DNA from: a virus
Reading direction: 5' to 3' (one strand)
Virus record (IMG/VR): IMGVR_UViG_3300021142_000012
Location: 1 to 64,000 of that record
DNA length: 64,000 nucleotides
Positions 9,687 to 19,018 of the stretch are shown in pieces. How positions within the stretch are numbered: the first letter of the stretch is position 1; the number at the start of each line of letters is the position of its first letter. Under the pieces are notes generated by a model, which was given only the letters and a program-made list of their open reading frames with translations, searched no databases and was not told the DNA's origin. The position numbers and the translations under genes are program-made.

Positions 9687-10318
9687 TGGCAGACGGATTT
9701 ACATTTGATTTTAGTTTAGAAAAATGCACAGCAATTCTACAAAATAACCAATACTCACAACATTGGCATGAAGCCTTGAGTAAAATATTACCCGACTACG
9801 ATATTAACACACCAGAGCGTGTAGCCTGTTTCTTAGGACAGACTATGGTTGAATCCGCAGGTTATAACGCACTAGTAGAAAATCTAAACTATCGTCCAGA
9901 AACACTAGTTAAAATTTGGCCAAGTCATTTTCCTAATATGGAAGTTGCTAATGAATATGCACATCAACCAGAAAAGATTGCCAACAGAGCCTACGCAGGA
10001 CGTATGGGCAACGGTGACGAGGCATCAGGTGATGGTTGGAACTATTGCGGACGTGGCCTAATTCAAATTACAGGCAAAGCTAACTATGCAGCTTTTGCTG
10101 AAAGTATTGACACTCCGGTAGAACAAGTTCCAGAATTTTTAGGAACATTTGAAGGTGCTGTACAAAGTGCCTGTTGGTTCTGGGAAAATAACAATCTTAA
10201 TGCTCTAGCTGATAACGGTGATGTACTAGGCATTACTAAAAAAGTTAACGGCGGAACATTAGGCTTAGAAGAACGCCAACAACATACACAAAATGCACAT
10301 CAAGTGTTAATGGGCTAA
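9686..10318 (+). CDS. GH19 (chitinase-like) endolysin
   Basis: INTPERVACFLGQTMVES, ENLNY, GRGLIQITGKANY, ITKKVNGG. Confidence 0.9.
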   Translation: MADGFTFDFSLEKCTAILQNNQYSQHWHEALSKILPDYDINTPERVACFLGQTMVESAGYNALVENLNYRPETLVKIWPSHFPNMEVANEYAHQPEKIANRAYAGRMGNGDEASGDGWNYCGRGLIQITGKANYAAFAESIDTPVEQVPEFLGTFEGAVQSACWFWENNNLNALADNGDVLGITKKVNGGTLGLEERQQHTQNAHQVLMG

Positions 10319-10319
10319 T

Positions 10320-10778
10320 ATGTTCAATTGGATAGTACAGTATGTGCTTGGAGATTTACCTACTTGGATTTGGCCGGCTGTTGCTGGTGCAGGTTTAGGA
10401 GTATATTTCCTAGCAGGTATACTTGGACATTTCCCACAAATAAAACCTTATAGTATTTTTATTAGACCCGTAGCCGGAATAGTTATAGTAATGGGTATAT
10501 TCATGTACGGCGGTGCGGGAGTTGTTAGCATTTATCAGGCACAAATTAAAGAAATGGAGCAAAAAGTTGCTATTGCTGATCAAAAAAGCAAGGATGCAAA
10601 CGCTCTACTATCTCAAGCACAGGCACAAAAAACTAAAGTAATTCACGATGTACAAATAGTATATAAAAATCAAATCAATCAATCAGCTACTAAATTAGAT
10701 GCAGACTGTAAATTTGACAAGACTGCTAGTAAAATTTTAAATGAAGCTGCAACTAATCCTGTAAAGAATACAAAATGA
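10320..10778 (+). CDS. Putative inner-membrane spanin (Rz-like)
   Basis: N-terminal TM segments then a coiled coil; sits between the endolysin and a lipoprotein. Confidence 0.65.
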   Translation: MFNWIVQYVLGDLPTWIWPAVAGAGLGVYFLAGILGHFPQIKPYSIFIRPVAGIVIVMGIFMYGGAGVVSIYQAQIKEMEQKVAIADQKSKDANALLSQAQAQKTKVIHDVQIVYKNQINQSATKLDADCKFDKTASKILNEAATNPVKNTK

Positions 10779-11044
10779 AAAAATTATTAATCATTAGTTT
10801 ATTAATTTTATCAGGGTGTGCTGCTCAAAAGACTGCGGTACTTACATCATTTCCAGAGGTTCCACAAGATTTGTTAACTGCATGTCCTGATTTAAAAACT
10901 GTAGATACTGCGACTGAAAAATTAAGTGAAGTTTTACCAATAATTGTAGATAACTACAGCACTTATTATGAATGCAAAGTCAAAGTAGATACATGGGTTG
11001 AATGGTATAATAAACAAAAAGAAATACAAGATAGCATAAAATAA
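10775..11044 (+). CDS. Putative outer-membrane spanin lipoprotein (Rz1-like)
   Basis: Signal peptide with an LSGC lipobox; Pro-rich segment and further Cys residues. Confidence 0.75.
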   Translation: MKKLLIISLLILSGCAAQKTAVLTSFPEVPQDLLTACPDLKTVDTATEKLSEVLPIIVDNYSTYYECKVKVDTWVEWYNKQKEIQDSIK

Positions 11045-11056
11045 AAGGAGATTGCT

Positions 11057-11557
11057 ATGGGATTTTTTACAAAAATCGAAGAGTTGGCTGCAAGTAAACT
11101 AAAAGAAATATTTTTAGACAGTCAAAAATTAGTAGATGCTAGTGAAGATGCGATTGCTAGTTTAGAGGCAAAACTACTAGCTGAAAAACAAAAAGTAGCT
11201 GACTTGGCTGCCAAGGCTCAAGCTGCTGCTGAGGCTGCTGCCGAAAAGGCCAAGAGAGAAGCAGAAGATCTAGTAGATGCTGCTTTAGATGCTGCTGCTC
11301 GTGCTGCTAAACATGCCGCTGCTGTTCCAACACCAGTTGCACCAGTAGTTACTGCTGATCCAGCACCAGTTGCACCAGTAGTTACTGCTGATCCAACACC
11401 AGTTGCACCAGTAGTTACTGCTGATCCAGCACCAGTTGCACCAGTAGTTACTGCTGATCCAGCACCTGTAGATTTAGTTGCTGACTTATCTGGCCAAGGT
11501 GTTACTGCAACTGTGACTCAAACTGACCCAAACGTAGGACCGCCGACTGCGCAATAA
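11057..11557 (+). CDS. Ala-rich coiled-coil protein with PVAPVVTADP(A/T) repeats
   Basis: AAGGAG RBS; tandem peptide repeats. Confidence 0.7.
   Translation: MGFFTKIEELAASKLKEIFLDSQKLVDASEDAIASLEAKLLAEKQKVADLAAKAQAAAEAAAEKAKREAEDLVDAALDAAARAAKHAAAVPTPVAPVVTADPAPVAPVVTADPTPVAPVVTADPAPVAPVVTADPAPVDLVADLSGQGVTATVTQTDPNVGPPTAQ
11333..11466 (+). repeat. 33-bp tandem repeat, 4 copies
   Basis: Unit ccagttgcaccagtagttactgctgatcca(g/a)ca. Confidence 0.9.
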
Positions 11558-11589
11558 ATACTACTATTAAGCCAAAAGGAGCGAACTCA

Positions 11590-12174
11590 ATGGCACTATT
11601 AGATTCAATACTCGGGTTAATCACTAAAACCCCAAAAGATCCAGATGCACCAAAACCACCAGTTGGTTCACGTAGCGAACGTGAAGCCAAAATCAAAGAC
11701 AAAGCCGGTATGGTTATCAACGTTTTTGCTTTATTGCTTGCGGTTAATGTTTGGTATGGTGGTAAATTGTCTAGCACAGTATTAAACAACACAATTAAAG
11801 CTAGCGATGTTTATAATTTTTATCAAGCTAAGAGTCTTAAACAAGCCCTAGCAGAACAGAATCTCTACGATGCACAACAGCGAGGAGATCGAGTTCGTGC
11901 AGAGCAAATGCTATCTAAGATTGACAAGTATGAAAACGAACCAACCGAGGGTAAAAAAGCATTACTAGCTAAAGCTAATGCCTTAGAAGCAGAACGTGAT
12001 GATGCTAAAAAGCGTAGTCCATGGATCGGCTATGCATCAACTGCATATCAAATGGCTATTGTTATTTTATCAGCTAGTATCCTTGCTGTTAGCATGATGC
12101 TGTTTTGGAGTAGTTTTATTGTAGCGGGCTTAGGATTAGTTTTAAGTCTTAATGGAATATTTCTTTGGTTTTAA
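11590..12174 (+). CDS. DUF4337-like membrane protein
   Basis: TM - (SDVYNFYQAKSLKQ) coiled coil - two TMs, with QMAIVILSAS. Confidence 0.65.
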   Translation: MALLDSILGLITKTPKDPDAPKPPVGSRSEREAKIKDKAGMVINVFALLLAVNVWYGGKLSSTVLNNTIKASDVYNFYQAKSLKQALAEQNLYDAQQRGDRVRAEQMLSKIDKYENEPTEGKKALLAKANALEAERDDAKKRSPWIGYASTAYQMAIVILSASILAVSMMLFWSSFIVAGLGLVLSLNGIFLWF

Positions 12175-12193
12175 AATAAATTAGGAGCGAGCG

Positions 12194-12877
12194 ATGTCAA
12201 AAGAATCAAATAAAGATTGGATGCAGAAACTATGGCGTCCAATGATGGGTTGGATGTACATGCTAGTATGCGTGTGCGACATGATTGTATTTCCGGTACT
12301 GTGGGCGTTTTGGCAAGGATTTAATCATACTCCAATTACACAGTGGAATCCCTTAACACTACAAAGTGCTGGCCTGTTTCATATTGCCATGGGTGCGGTG
12401 CTAGGTATTAGTGCGTTTGGACGTACACAAGAAAAACTAGCAGGCACAGCCGCTAACCCAACTGCAACAAGTCAAACAATGACAAATAATACTAACATGT
12501 CAGGTGTTCCTGCAGGAATGGCAGGTGGCATGGGCGGTATGAACTCTGGAATGGGCGGTGGATTTGGTGGTGCTAGCTCTGGAGGATTTGGAGGAAGTAC
12601 TGGCGGGTTTGGCGGAAGTACTGGCGGGTTTGGAGGAAGTACTGGTGGATTTGGTGGAAGTACTGGCGGGTTTGGCGGAGCTCCTAGTGGTGGCTTTGGC
12701 GGAGCTCCTAGTGGTGGCTTTGGTAGTACTCCTACTACAACAACACCTCCAGCTTCGACAGGGGGATTTGGATCGGGTTTTAATAGCGGGTCAGGAACAA
12801 CACCCGCAGCACCTCCAGTAGCAGTAAATGCTAGTGGTAAGAAAGTTATTCCAACATTTAGTCAACCACCATTATAA
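12194..12877 (+). CDS. Holin-like membrane protein (3TM/GTA holin-like) with a Gly-rich tail
   Basis: WRPMMGW...LGISAFGRTQEK pattern; lies in the lysis cassette. Confidence 0.6.
   Translation: MSKESNKDWMQKLWRPMMGWMYMLVCVCDMIVFPVLWAFWQGFNHTPITQWNPLTLQSAGLFHIAMGAVLGISAFGRTQEKLAGTAANPTATSQTMTNNTNMSGVPAGMAGGMGGMNSGMGGGFGGASSGGFGGSTGGFGGSTGGFGGSTGGFGGSTGGFGGAPSGGFGGAPSGGFGSTPTTTTPPASTGGFGSGFNSGSGTTPAAPPVAVNASGKKVIPTFSQPPL
12583..12724 (+). repeat. Coding tandem repeats: GFGGSTG x4 (21 bp) and GFGGAPSG x2 (24 bp)
   Basis: Directly visible degenerate repeats. Confidence 0.85.
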
Positions 12878-12888
12878 GGAAAAATAAA

Positions 12889-13065
12889 ATGAAAAAACTA
12901 TTAACATTATTAGTAGCAAGTTGTTTTTTAGCTAGCCCAGTAATGGCTGCCAAGAAGCCAGCACCAGTTAAAAAAGAAGTTAAGCATCATAAGAAGTTCG
13001 ACGGCGAAAAAATGTCTGATACTAAACCAGATACTGCAAAGGCTCCTAATAAAAAGAAAAAGTAA
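12889..13065 (+). CDS. Small secreted Lys-rich protein (58 aa, not in the ORF track)
   Basis: AAGGA RBS; signal peptide MKKLLTLLVASCFLASPVMA followed by AKKPAPVKKEVKHHKK...KKKK. Confidence 0.7.
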   Translation: MKKLLTLLVASCFLASPVMAAKKPAPVKKEVKHHKKFDGEKMSDTKPDTAKAPNKKKK

Positions 13066-13080
13066 TTTTTGCTCAATCTC

Positions 13081-13109
13081 TTGACAGGTTCTCTTTAAGA
13101 TAGTATAAT
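13081..13109 (+). promoter_or_regulatory. Consensus sigma70 promoter for dnaJ-def-clpA
   Basis: TTGACA-17 nt-TATAAT. Confidence 0.85.
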
Positions 13110-13140
13110 TACTATATTAATTGGACCTGTTTTTACGACT

Positions 13141-13989
13141 ATGAACGATCACTATCAAACACTCGGTGTTAGCGAAGGTGCTAGCCCAGAAGAAATTAAA
13201 AAAGCCTATAGAAGCTTGGCCAATAAACATCACCCCGATAAAGGTGGTGACCAGGCTAAATTTAAAGACATTAGTGTAGCATATGAAACACTAAGTGATG
13301 CACAAAAGAAAGCCGAATACGATCAACAACGTATGTACGGTGGTGGCCAACAATTCCACTTTAATACCGGAAATATGCATGATATATTTGGAGGTATGCA
13401 TAATCCGTTTGGTGCTAATCATCCGTTTGGCGATATATTTGGCCGTCAAGTTCGCAGAAATCGCGATCTTAACATCACTTGTCAAATTAGTTTATTAGAT
13501 TCATATACCGGAAAACAATTAGAAGCAAACTATCAGCTACCAAGCGGACGTAATCAAAATGTTGTTATTAACATACCTCCCGGCATTAGTCACGGTGAAA
13601 CAATTCGGTATCAAGGACTAGGCGATGATAGCATTGCTGGTATCCAACGTGGTAATCTAAATGTTACTGTAGTGGTATTACCTGATCATGACTTTATACG
13701 TCAAGGTGATGACATTTATACTAATATTAATATTAGTCCTATTGAGGCTATGATTGGCTGCCGTAAGAAGGTTAAAACAATCACTGGTGAAGAGAAAGAA
13801 GTTGAGATACGAGCTGGAGTTGAAACCGGAACTGAATTTGCACAAGGCGGTGGTGGTTTTATTAATAATCATACCCGTAATAGAGGAAGATTTGTCAGCG
13901 TTGTTCAGATAAGAACTCCGGCAGTTACTGATCCTGTTATCATCGAACGGTTGCAACAACTGCAGAATGAACTTAGTAGTCGCTCCTAA
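13141..13989 (+). CDS. dnaJ: DnaJ-class co-chaperone lacking the Zn finger (CbpA-like)
   Basis: J domain with HPD, G/F-rich region, C-terminal domain. Confidence 0.9.
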   Translation: MNDHYQTLGVSEGASPEEIKKAYRSLANKHHPDKGGDQAKFKDISVAYETLSDAQKKAEYDQQRMYGGGQQFHFNTGNMHDIFGGMHNPFGANHPFGDIFGRQVRRNRDLNITCQISLLDSYTGKQLEANYQLPSGRNQNVVINIPPGISHGETIRYQGLGDDSIAGIQRGNLNVTVVVLPDHDFIRQGDDIYTNINISPIEAMIGCRKKVKTITGEEKEVEIRAGVETGTEFAQGGGGFINNHTRNRGRFVSVVQIRTPAVTDPVIIERLQQLQNELSSRS

Positions 13990-14476
13990 TCCAGTTTTAC
14001 AATCTAATGCAGTTGACTGGGATTTTAAATCTGGTAACGATCCTTTTACTCTTGAAAAAGAAATGATAGAAGTTATGCAGGCTAGTAATGGTATCGGACT
14101 AGCCGCTAATCAAGTTGGTTTACTTTCTAGAGTCTTTGTCATACAATTATTACAGCATCCAGAAATAAAAGAACCCTTTGCTATGTTCAATCCACAAGTT
14201 GTAGCAACTAGTGATGAGATGCAAACAGGTGAAGAAGGGTGCTTGAGCTTTCCAGATTTATTTTTAGAAGTTAAGCGACCAAAAGAAATCGTATCGAAAT
14301 ATTTTGATAAACATGGAAAAGAGTGTATAATAACATTAACAGATATTGATGCTAGATGTTTCTTACACGAATTAGACCATTTAAATGGCGTGTGCTTTAC
14401 AGAAAAAGTCAGTGCCTTAAAATTAGCATTTGCAATTAAAAAACAAAGGAAGCAGAATGGTAGAACCAAGCGATAA
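13967..14476 (+). CDS. def: Peptide deformylase
   Basis: GIGLAANQVG, EGCLS, HELDH. Confidence 0.95.
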   Translation: MNLVVAPNPVLQSNAVDWDFKSGNDPFTLEKEMIEVMQASNGIGLAANQVGLLSRVFVIQLLQHPEIKEPFAMFNPQVVATSDEMQTGEEGCLSFPDLFLEVKRPKEIVSKYFDKHGKECIITLTDIDARCFLHELDHLNGVCFTEKVSALKLAFAIKKQRKQNGRTKR

Positions 14477-16745
14477 TTTACAAGCAGTATTTGAAAAAGC
14501 AATTGATACTGCTAAGAAACTACATCATGAATATTTAACAATAGAGCATCTGTTGTTTGCCATGTTGATGGAGGATACCTTTGCAAATTGCGTAACCGGA
14601 TATGGTGCTAACATCGACGAATTGAAAAAAGATCTAGCAGACTACTTACAAAATAAATGCCAAGAAATTACCGTAGAAGATGTTGTAGTTAAACCCAAAA
14701 AGACACAGGCAGTTGAACGCATTCTTAATCGTGCGTTTACACAAGTTCTATTTAATGGACGTCAACGCATTGAGCCAACTGATGCGTTCCTTGCTATGAT
14801 GGGCGAAAAACGTTCATGGGCATTATATTATATTCAAAAGGTCGGCATTGATAAAGACAAGTTTAATGACTATGTTAACAATACCGTTGAAGAAAGTCCA
14901 GAGGAAGATGGACATGAAGATAACAGTAGTAGTTCAAAGGCACTAGCTTCATATACTACTAATCTTAATGATTCAGTTAAGAAAGGTAAAGTTGATCCGG
15001 TTATAGGCCGTATAGACGAACTAGAAAATATTGCCTTGGCCCTTGGCAGACGTAGTAAAAATAACATAATTCTAGTTGGAGATCCTGGAGTAGGTAAGAC
15101 TGCCATAGCAGAGGGACTTGCCTTCAATATCGTAAAAGGTGCCGTTCCGGATTTCTTAAAGGACTATACGGTCTATAACCTAGACATTAGTGCAATGCTT
15201 GCCGGTAGTAAATATCGTGGCGATTTTGAAGAACGCTTTAAAATGGTCTTGAAAGGTCTTTCTAAGAAAGGTAAGACTGTGTTGTTCATTGATGAAGCAC
15301 ACATGATCTCCGGTGCTGGATCTGCTAGCAACTCAGCTAACGATCTCGCTAACATGATGAAACCTGCTCTAAGCAAAGGCAATATCAAAGTTGTAGCATC
15401 AACTACATGGGAAGAATATCGTAAACACTTTGAAAAGGATCGTGCTTTGATGCGCCGTTTCCAACGCATCACTGTTGACGAGCCAACTGAAGAAGTATGT
15501 TTGCAGATCCTTAAGGGTATTAAGAAATACTATGAAGGATTCCATAATGTTAAGATTGACAATGAAGCATTACAAGCCGCAATTAAGTTGTCTGTTAAAT
15601 ATCAGACTGATAAAAAATTACCAGATAAGGCTATTGACTTAATCGATTTGGCTGCTTCACGCTTTAATCTAAAACTAGCAGAAGAACGAGTTATCACATC
15701 ACGCGAGATTCAATTTGAACTTGCTAAAATGACTAACATTCCTTTAGAGCAAGTTGCAGAAACAGAAAGTGCTCAAGTTATTGGACTACAGAACAAACTA
15801 GAATTAGATGTTTATGGTCAAGATGGCGCACTACAGGAAGTAGTTGATAAGATTATTGTTGCCCAAGCAGGATTAAAATCAGAAAATAAACCAATTGGAT
15901 CATTTGTATTCATGGGCCCAACAGGTTGCGGTAAGACTGAAACTGCTAAATCTTTATCTAAAAACCTAGGTGTTAAACTTCTACGTTTTGATATGAGTGA
16001 GTACCAGGAGAAGCATAGTATCTCTAAGTTAATTGGTAGCCCTCCGGGTTATGTTGGCTTCGAAGAAAATGCAGGACTATTGATTACACAGATCCAAGAA
16101 GCTCCTAATGCTGTTCTATTGCTAGACGAAGTTGAAAAAGCACATCCAGATGTAATGACAGTGCTGTTGCAAATCATGGATAATGGATTTGTTACTGGAT
16201 CAAATGGTAAACGAGCAGACTGCCGTAACTTAATTCTTATTCTTACTACTAATGCTGGTGCCGCTGATGCTGAAAAGAATACTATTGGATTCGGTGGACA
16301 AGAAAAAGATTATAGCGATAAAGAGCTTAAGAAATTCTTTACACCAGAATTCCGTAATCGACTTGATGCTATTATTACATTCAATAAACTATCTAAAGAC
16401 GTAATGGTCAAGATTGTTGATAAGTTTATCGAAGAGATTAGAGTACAAATTAAAGATAAAGGTATTCGTATCAAGGTTGATAAAGAAGCAGTTGAATGGT
16501 TAATTACTAAAGGCTTCGATCCTAAAATGGGTGCTCGTCCGTTAGCACGTGTTATTGACAAAGAAATTAAACGTGACCTTGCTCGTATGATGCTATTTGG
16601 TGATCTTAGAGCCGGTGGTTGGTTAACTGTTACTGTTGAAGATAATAAGCTTCGCTTAGTTGGTAAACCAAAGCCAGCTAAAACAGTACCATTGTTGACT
16701 ACTGATACTGCTACCGAGACAGAAGATGGAATACAAGGTAACTAG
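14457..16745 (+). CDS. clpA: ClpA-like Hsp100 ATPase
   Basis: Clp N domain; two AAA+ modules (GDPGVGKT, GPTGCGKT); IGF ClpP-docking loop. Confidence 0.92.
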   Translation: MVEPSDNLQAVFEKAIDTAKKLHHEYLTIEHLLFAMLMEDTFANCVTGYGANIDELKKDLADYLQNKCQEITVEDVVVKPKKTQAVERILNRAFTQVLFNGRQRIEPTDAFLAMMGEKRSWALYYIQKVGIDKDKFNDYVNNTVEESPEEDGHEDNSSSSKALASYTTNLNDSVKKGKVDPVIGRIDELENIALALGRRSKNNIILVGDPGVGKTAIAEGLAFNIVKGAVPDFLKDYTVYNLDISAMLAGSKYRGDFEERFKMVLKGLSKKGKTVLFIDEAHMISGAGSASNSANDLANMMKPALSKGNIKVVASTTWEEYRKHFEKDRALMRRFQRITVDEPTEEVCLQILKGIKKYYEGFHNVKIDNEALQAAIKLSVKYQTDKKLPDKAIDLIDLAASRFNLKLAEERVITSREIQFELAKMTNIPLEQVAETESAQVIGLQNKLELDVYGQDGALQEVVDKIIVAQAGLKSENKPIGSFVFMGPTGCGKTETAKSLSKNLGVKLLRFDMSEYQEKHSISKLIGSPPGYVGFEENAGLLITQIQEAPNAVLLLDEVEKAHPDVMTVLLQIMDNGFVTGSNGKRADCRNLILILTTNAGAADAEKNTIGFGGQEKDYSDKELKKFFTPEFRNRLDAIITFNKLSKDVMVKIVDKFIEEIRVQIKDKGIRIKVDKEAVEWLITKGFDPKMGARPLARVIDKEIKRDLARMMLFGDLRAGGWLTVTVEDNKLRLVGKPKPAKTVPLLTTDTATETEDGIQGN

Positions 16746-17379
16746 ACAGTTATTTCGGAACAAATACCAATACAAAATTGTGTTGGTATCTTCTGGTGCT
16801 CAATGTTTTAGATCGGGTGATCTTGATGCTATCTATGAACAGTTGACTAAACTTATTCCGTTAGTCGGTTCCGATCAAATTGAGCAGCGTAGTCATTACT
16901 GGGCAATTACTAAGATTAAAAGCAAGGAAGAATTGGATCACTGCTTTAAATTGCACAAACAACTATCTAAAATGTCTGATTTTGAGATCAGGATAGAAAG
17001 CCCGTGGATTACTGTTTACAGTAATAATAAAGCTGATATCGATAATCTTAAAAAAATAGATGTAACAAAAGTCAAGTATATTAGCGAGCCAGCTAAAAAT
17101 AGTGTGTTAGAGCAAGGCGTTGTAATCATGACCAGTGATGATTATGACTATAAAGTTACTATGGGTAAGACAACCAAGGAGTATTTGGCCTTTGTTGAAT
17201 GGGCTGAAACTAATAAAAAACTAAAGCTAACTAAGAGCTGTATTAGAGATCTTAGTAAAAATATGTCCTGGGGCGGAACCCATTTTTATGTAGCAGGCGA
17301 AAAAAACTTGTTGCTAGCTAAGATGCATTTAGGTGGCAGTATCAATAAAATCGAGCGTGTAGTCAAATCAGACCAATAG
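16726..17379 (+). CDS. Hypothetical protein
   Basis: 217-aa ORF overlapping the clpA end. Confidence 0.65.
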   Translation: MEYKVTRQLFRNKYQYKIVLVSSGAQCFRSGDLDAIYEQLTKLIPLVGSDQIEQRSHYWAITKIKSKEELDHCFKLHKQLSKMSDFEIRIESPWITVYSNNKADIDNLKKIDVTKVKYISEPAKNSVLEQGVVIMTSDDYDYKVTMGKTTKEYLAFVEWAETNKKLKLTKSCIRDLSKNMSWGGTHFYVAGEKNLLLAKMHLGGSINKIERVVKSDQ

Positions 17380-17450
17380 TTCGAAATTGTTATTACGATA
17401 AATAGTATATCCGTAGCTAACGGGCTATGCTATATTATATTGGGCTAAAA

Positions 17451-17822
17451 ATGCGTATTACAGAACTATTAGAAGGTAAAAAATTCGACGATTTAGAGTT
17501 TGTTCAAAAAACAGGCGATAAGGATGAGATCAACTTTGATCTAGTCGATGATCTAACACATTTCATGCATAATGACGATAATGTATATAGAAATCACGTT
17601 TATCCAGTTGTTGCTAAATGTATACATCTTCTAAAAACTAAACAAGATTTCAAGCCTACAGTGTTTGAAAAAGCAGCACAAGAGTGCTATAAATTATATT
17701 TACAAGAGTATCCAATTCGCCACCTTCCAGACGAACTTGATAAAGATGATTGTAAAAAAGTCTGTGAAAAACTATACAACGATTTCAAACAACATCACGC
17801 AGACGGTCTGTATAAGGACTAA
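17451..17822 (+). CDS. Probable internal head protein
   Basis: N-terminus MRITELLEG; GATAAATA motif upstream. Confidence 0.55.
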   Translation: MRITELLEGKKFDDLEFVQKTGDKDEINFDLVDDLTHFMHNDDNVYRNHVYPVVAKCIHLLKTKQDFKPTVFEKAAQECYKLYLQEYPIRHLPDELDKDDCKKVCEKLYNDFKQHHADGLYKD

Positions 17823-17824
17823 TC

Positions 17825-19018
17825 GTGCTGTTACGAGAGCTATTCCTCAGTGAAGCCGAAGTTGCGCCAGTTAAACAATTGGGCAGAACTTTTAACCACC
17901 TTGAAGATTTAGCTTTCTTACATAATTCAACGGGTGCAATTGAAGCACTAGATCATCTTAAAGAACTTACTGCCGGCAAAGGCGAACAATTAAGATTAAA
18001 GTGGGATGGTAGTCCACAGATATATTGGGGACGAGATGAACAAGGTACATTTGTTCTTGCTGGTCATAATCAATGGCTACGTAGAGTGAAACCTAGTCGC
18101 CCGGAAGATGTTCAAGATTTTATTGCTAACCAAAGCGGCAGTCCTAAGACTCCAGAAGAAAAGGCAGAACGTGATCGTTTTGCACAACACTTTTCATCAC
18201 TATGGCCAATCTTTGAATCTGCAACACCTGCTAAATTCCGTGGCTATGTTTATGCCGATGCACTATTTCTAAGCCAGCCACCGATGGATGCTAATGGTGT
18301 TTACAACTTCCATCCTAATCCGAAAAGCAAAACAGTCTATCATGTTAAGAGCAATAGTCAGTTAGGTAAAAGAATCGCCGGTGCAGAGATTATGGTTGTA
18401 GGACATGGAATTTTTGAACAGTTCGGTGCTCCGGATAATACACAACAGCCGAAAGCCAGTTTTGATGAATTTAATTCAAACCCACAATTAATTGTTATGG
18501 GGCCAGAGTATGTATCGACTCCGACTAAAGTAGATACGCAAGAAATTGATCGTGTTGAAGCAGACATTAAACAATCTGCTAGTGTTATTGATAGTTTCCT
18601 AGCAATAGCATCTACCCCAGGTGCAGGTTTGAGCAATTTAAAAGAAGGTGTACTATATCCATTTGTTAATTGGGCAGCGAAAACTAGTCAATTAGATAAT
18701 TTAAGTAGTGATTTATTTTATAGTTGGTTAGCACAACAAGATACTAAAAAAGTTAGCCAGCCTAAGAAAGATAAAATTTCAAGTCCACACTATACACCAG
18801 CACTAGATGCAATCTTTAGAATTGTGTTAGAGATCATGACACTTAAAGAACATGTAATGAGTCAAGCAGCTGAAGGTTCAACTAGCGATGTGTGGGCAAC
18901 TAACGGTGAAGGACATGTTCGTTATAAAAGTCCACATCACCAGTTTAGTCACGTTAAGTTTGTACCTCGAAGAGATATTCAAACAGCTAATGGCCATATT
19001 CCGGCTTGGACACCATAA
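17825..19018 (+). CDS. Ligase/capping-enzyme-superfamily nucleotidyltransferase-like protein (DUF6267-like)
   Basis: NHLED, LKWDGSP (KxDG), EGHV and VKFV motifs; GTG start. Confidence 0.5.
   Translation: MLLRELFLSEAEVAPVKQLGRTFNHLEDLAFLHNSTGAIEALDHLKELTAGKGEQLRLKWDGSPQIYWGRDEQGTFVLAGHNQWLRRVKPSRPEDVQDFIANQSGSPKTPEEKAERDRFAQHFSSLWPIFESATPAKFRGYVYADALFLSQPPMDANGVYNFHPNPKSKTVYHVKSNSQLGKRIAGAEIMVVGHGIFEQFGAPDNTQQPKASFDEFNSNPQLIVMGPEYVSTPTKVDTQEIDRVEADIKQSASVIDSFLAIASTPGAGLSNLKEGVLYPFVNWAAKTSQLDNLSSDLFYSWLAQQDTKKVSQPKKDKISSPHYTPALDAIFRIVLEIMTLKEHVMSQAAEGSTSDVWATNGEGHVRYKSPHHQFSHVKFVPRRDIQTANGHIPAWTP

Noticed and set aside
11333-12724. Tandem repeats as a possible CRISPR array
   Set aside because: No unique spacers; unit lengths are multiples of 3 and lie within coding frames.
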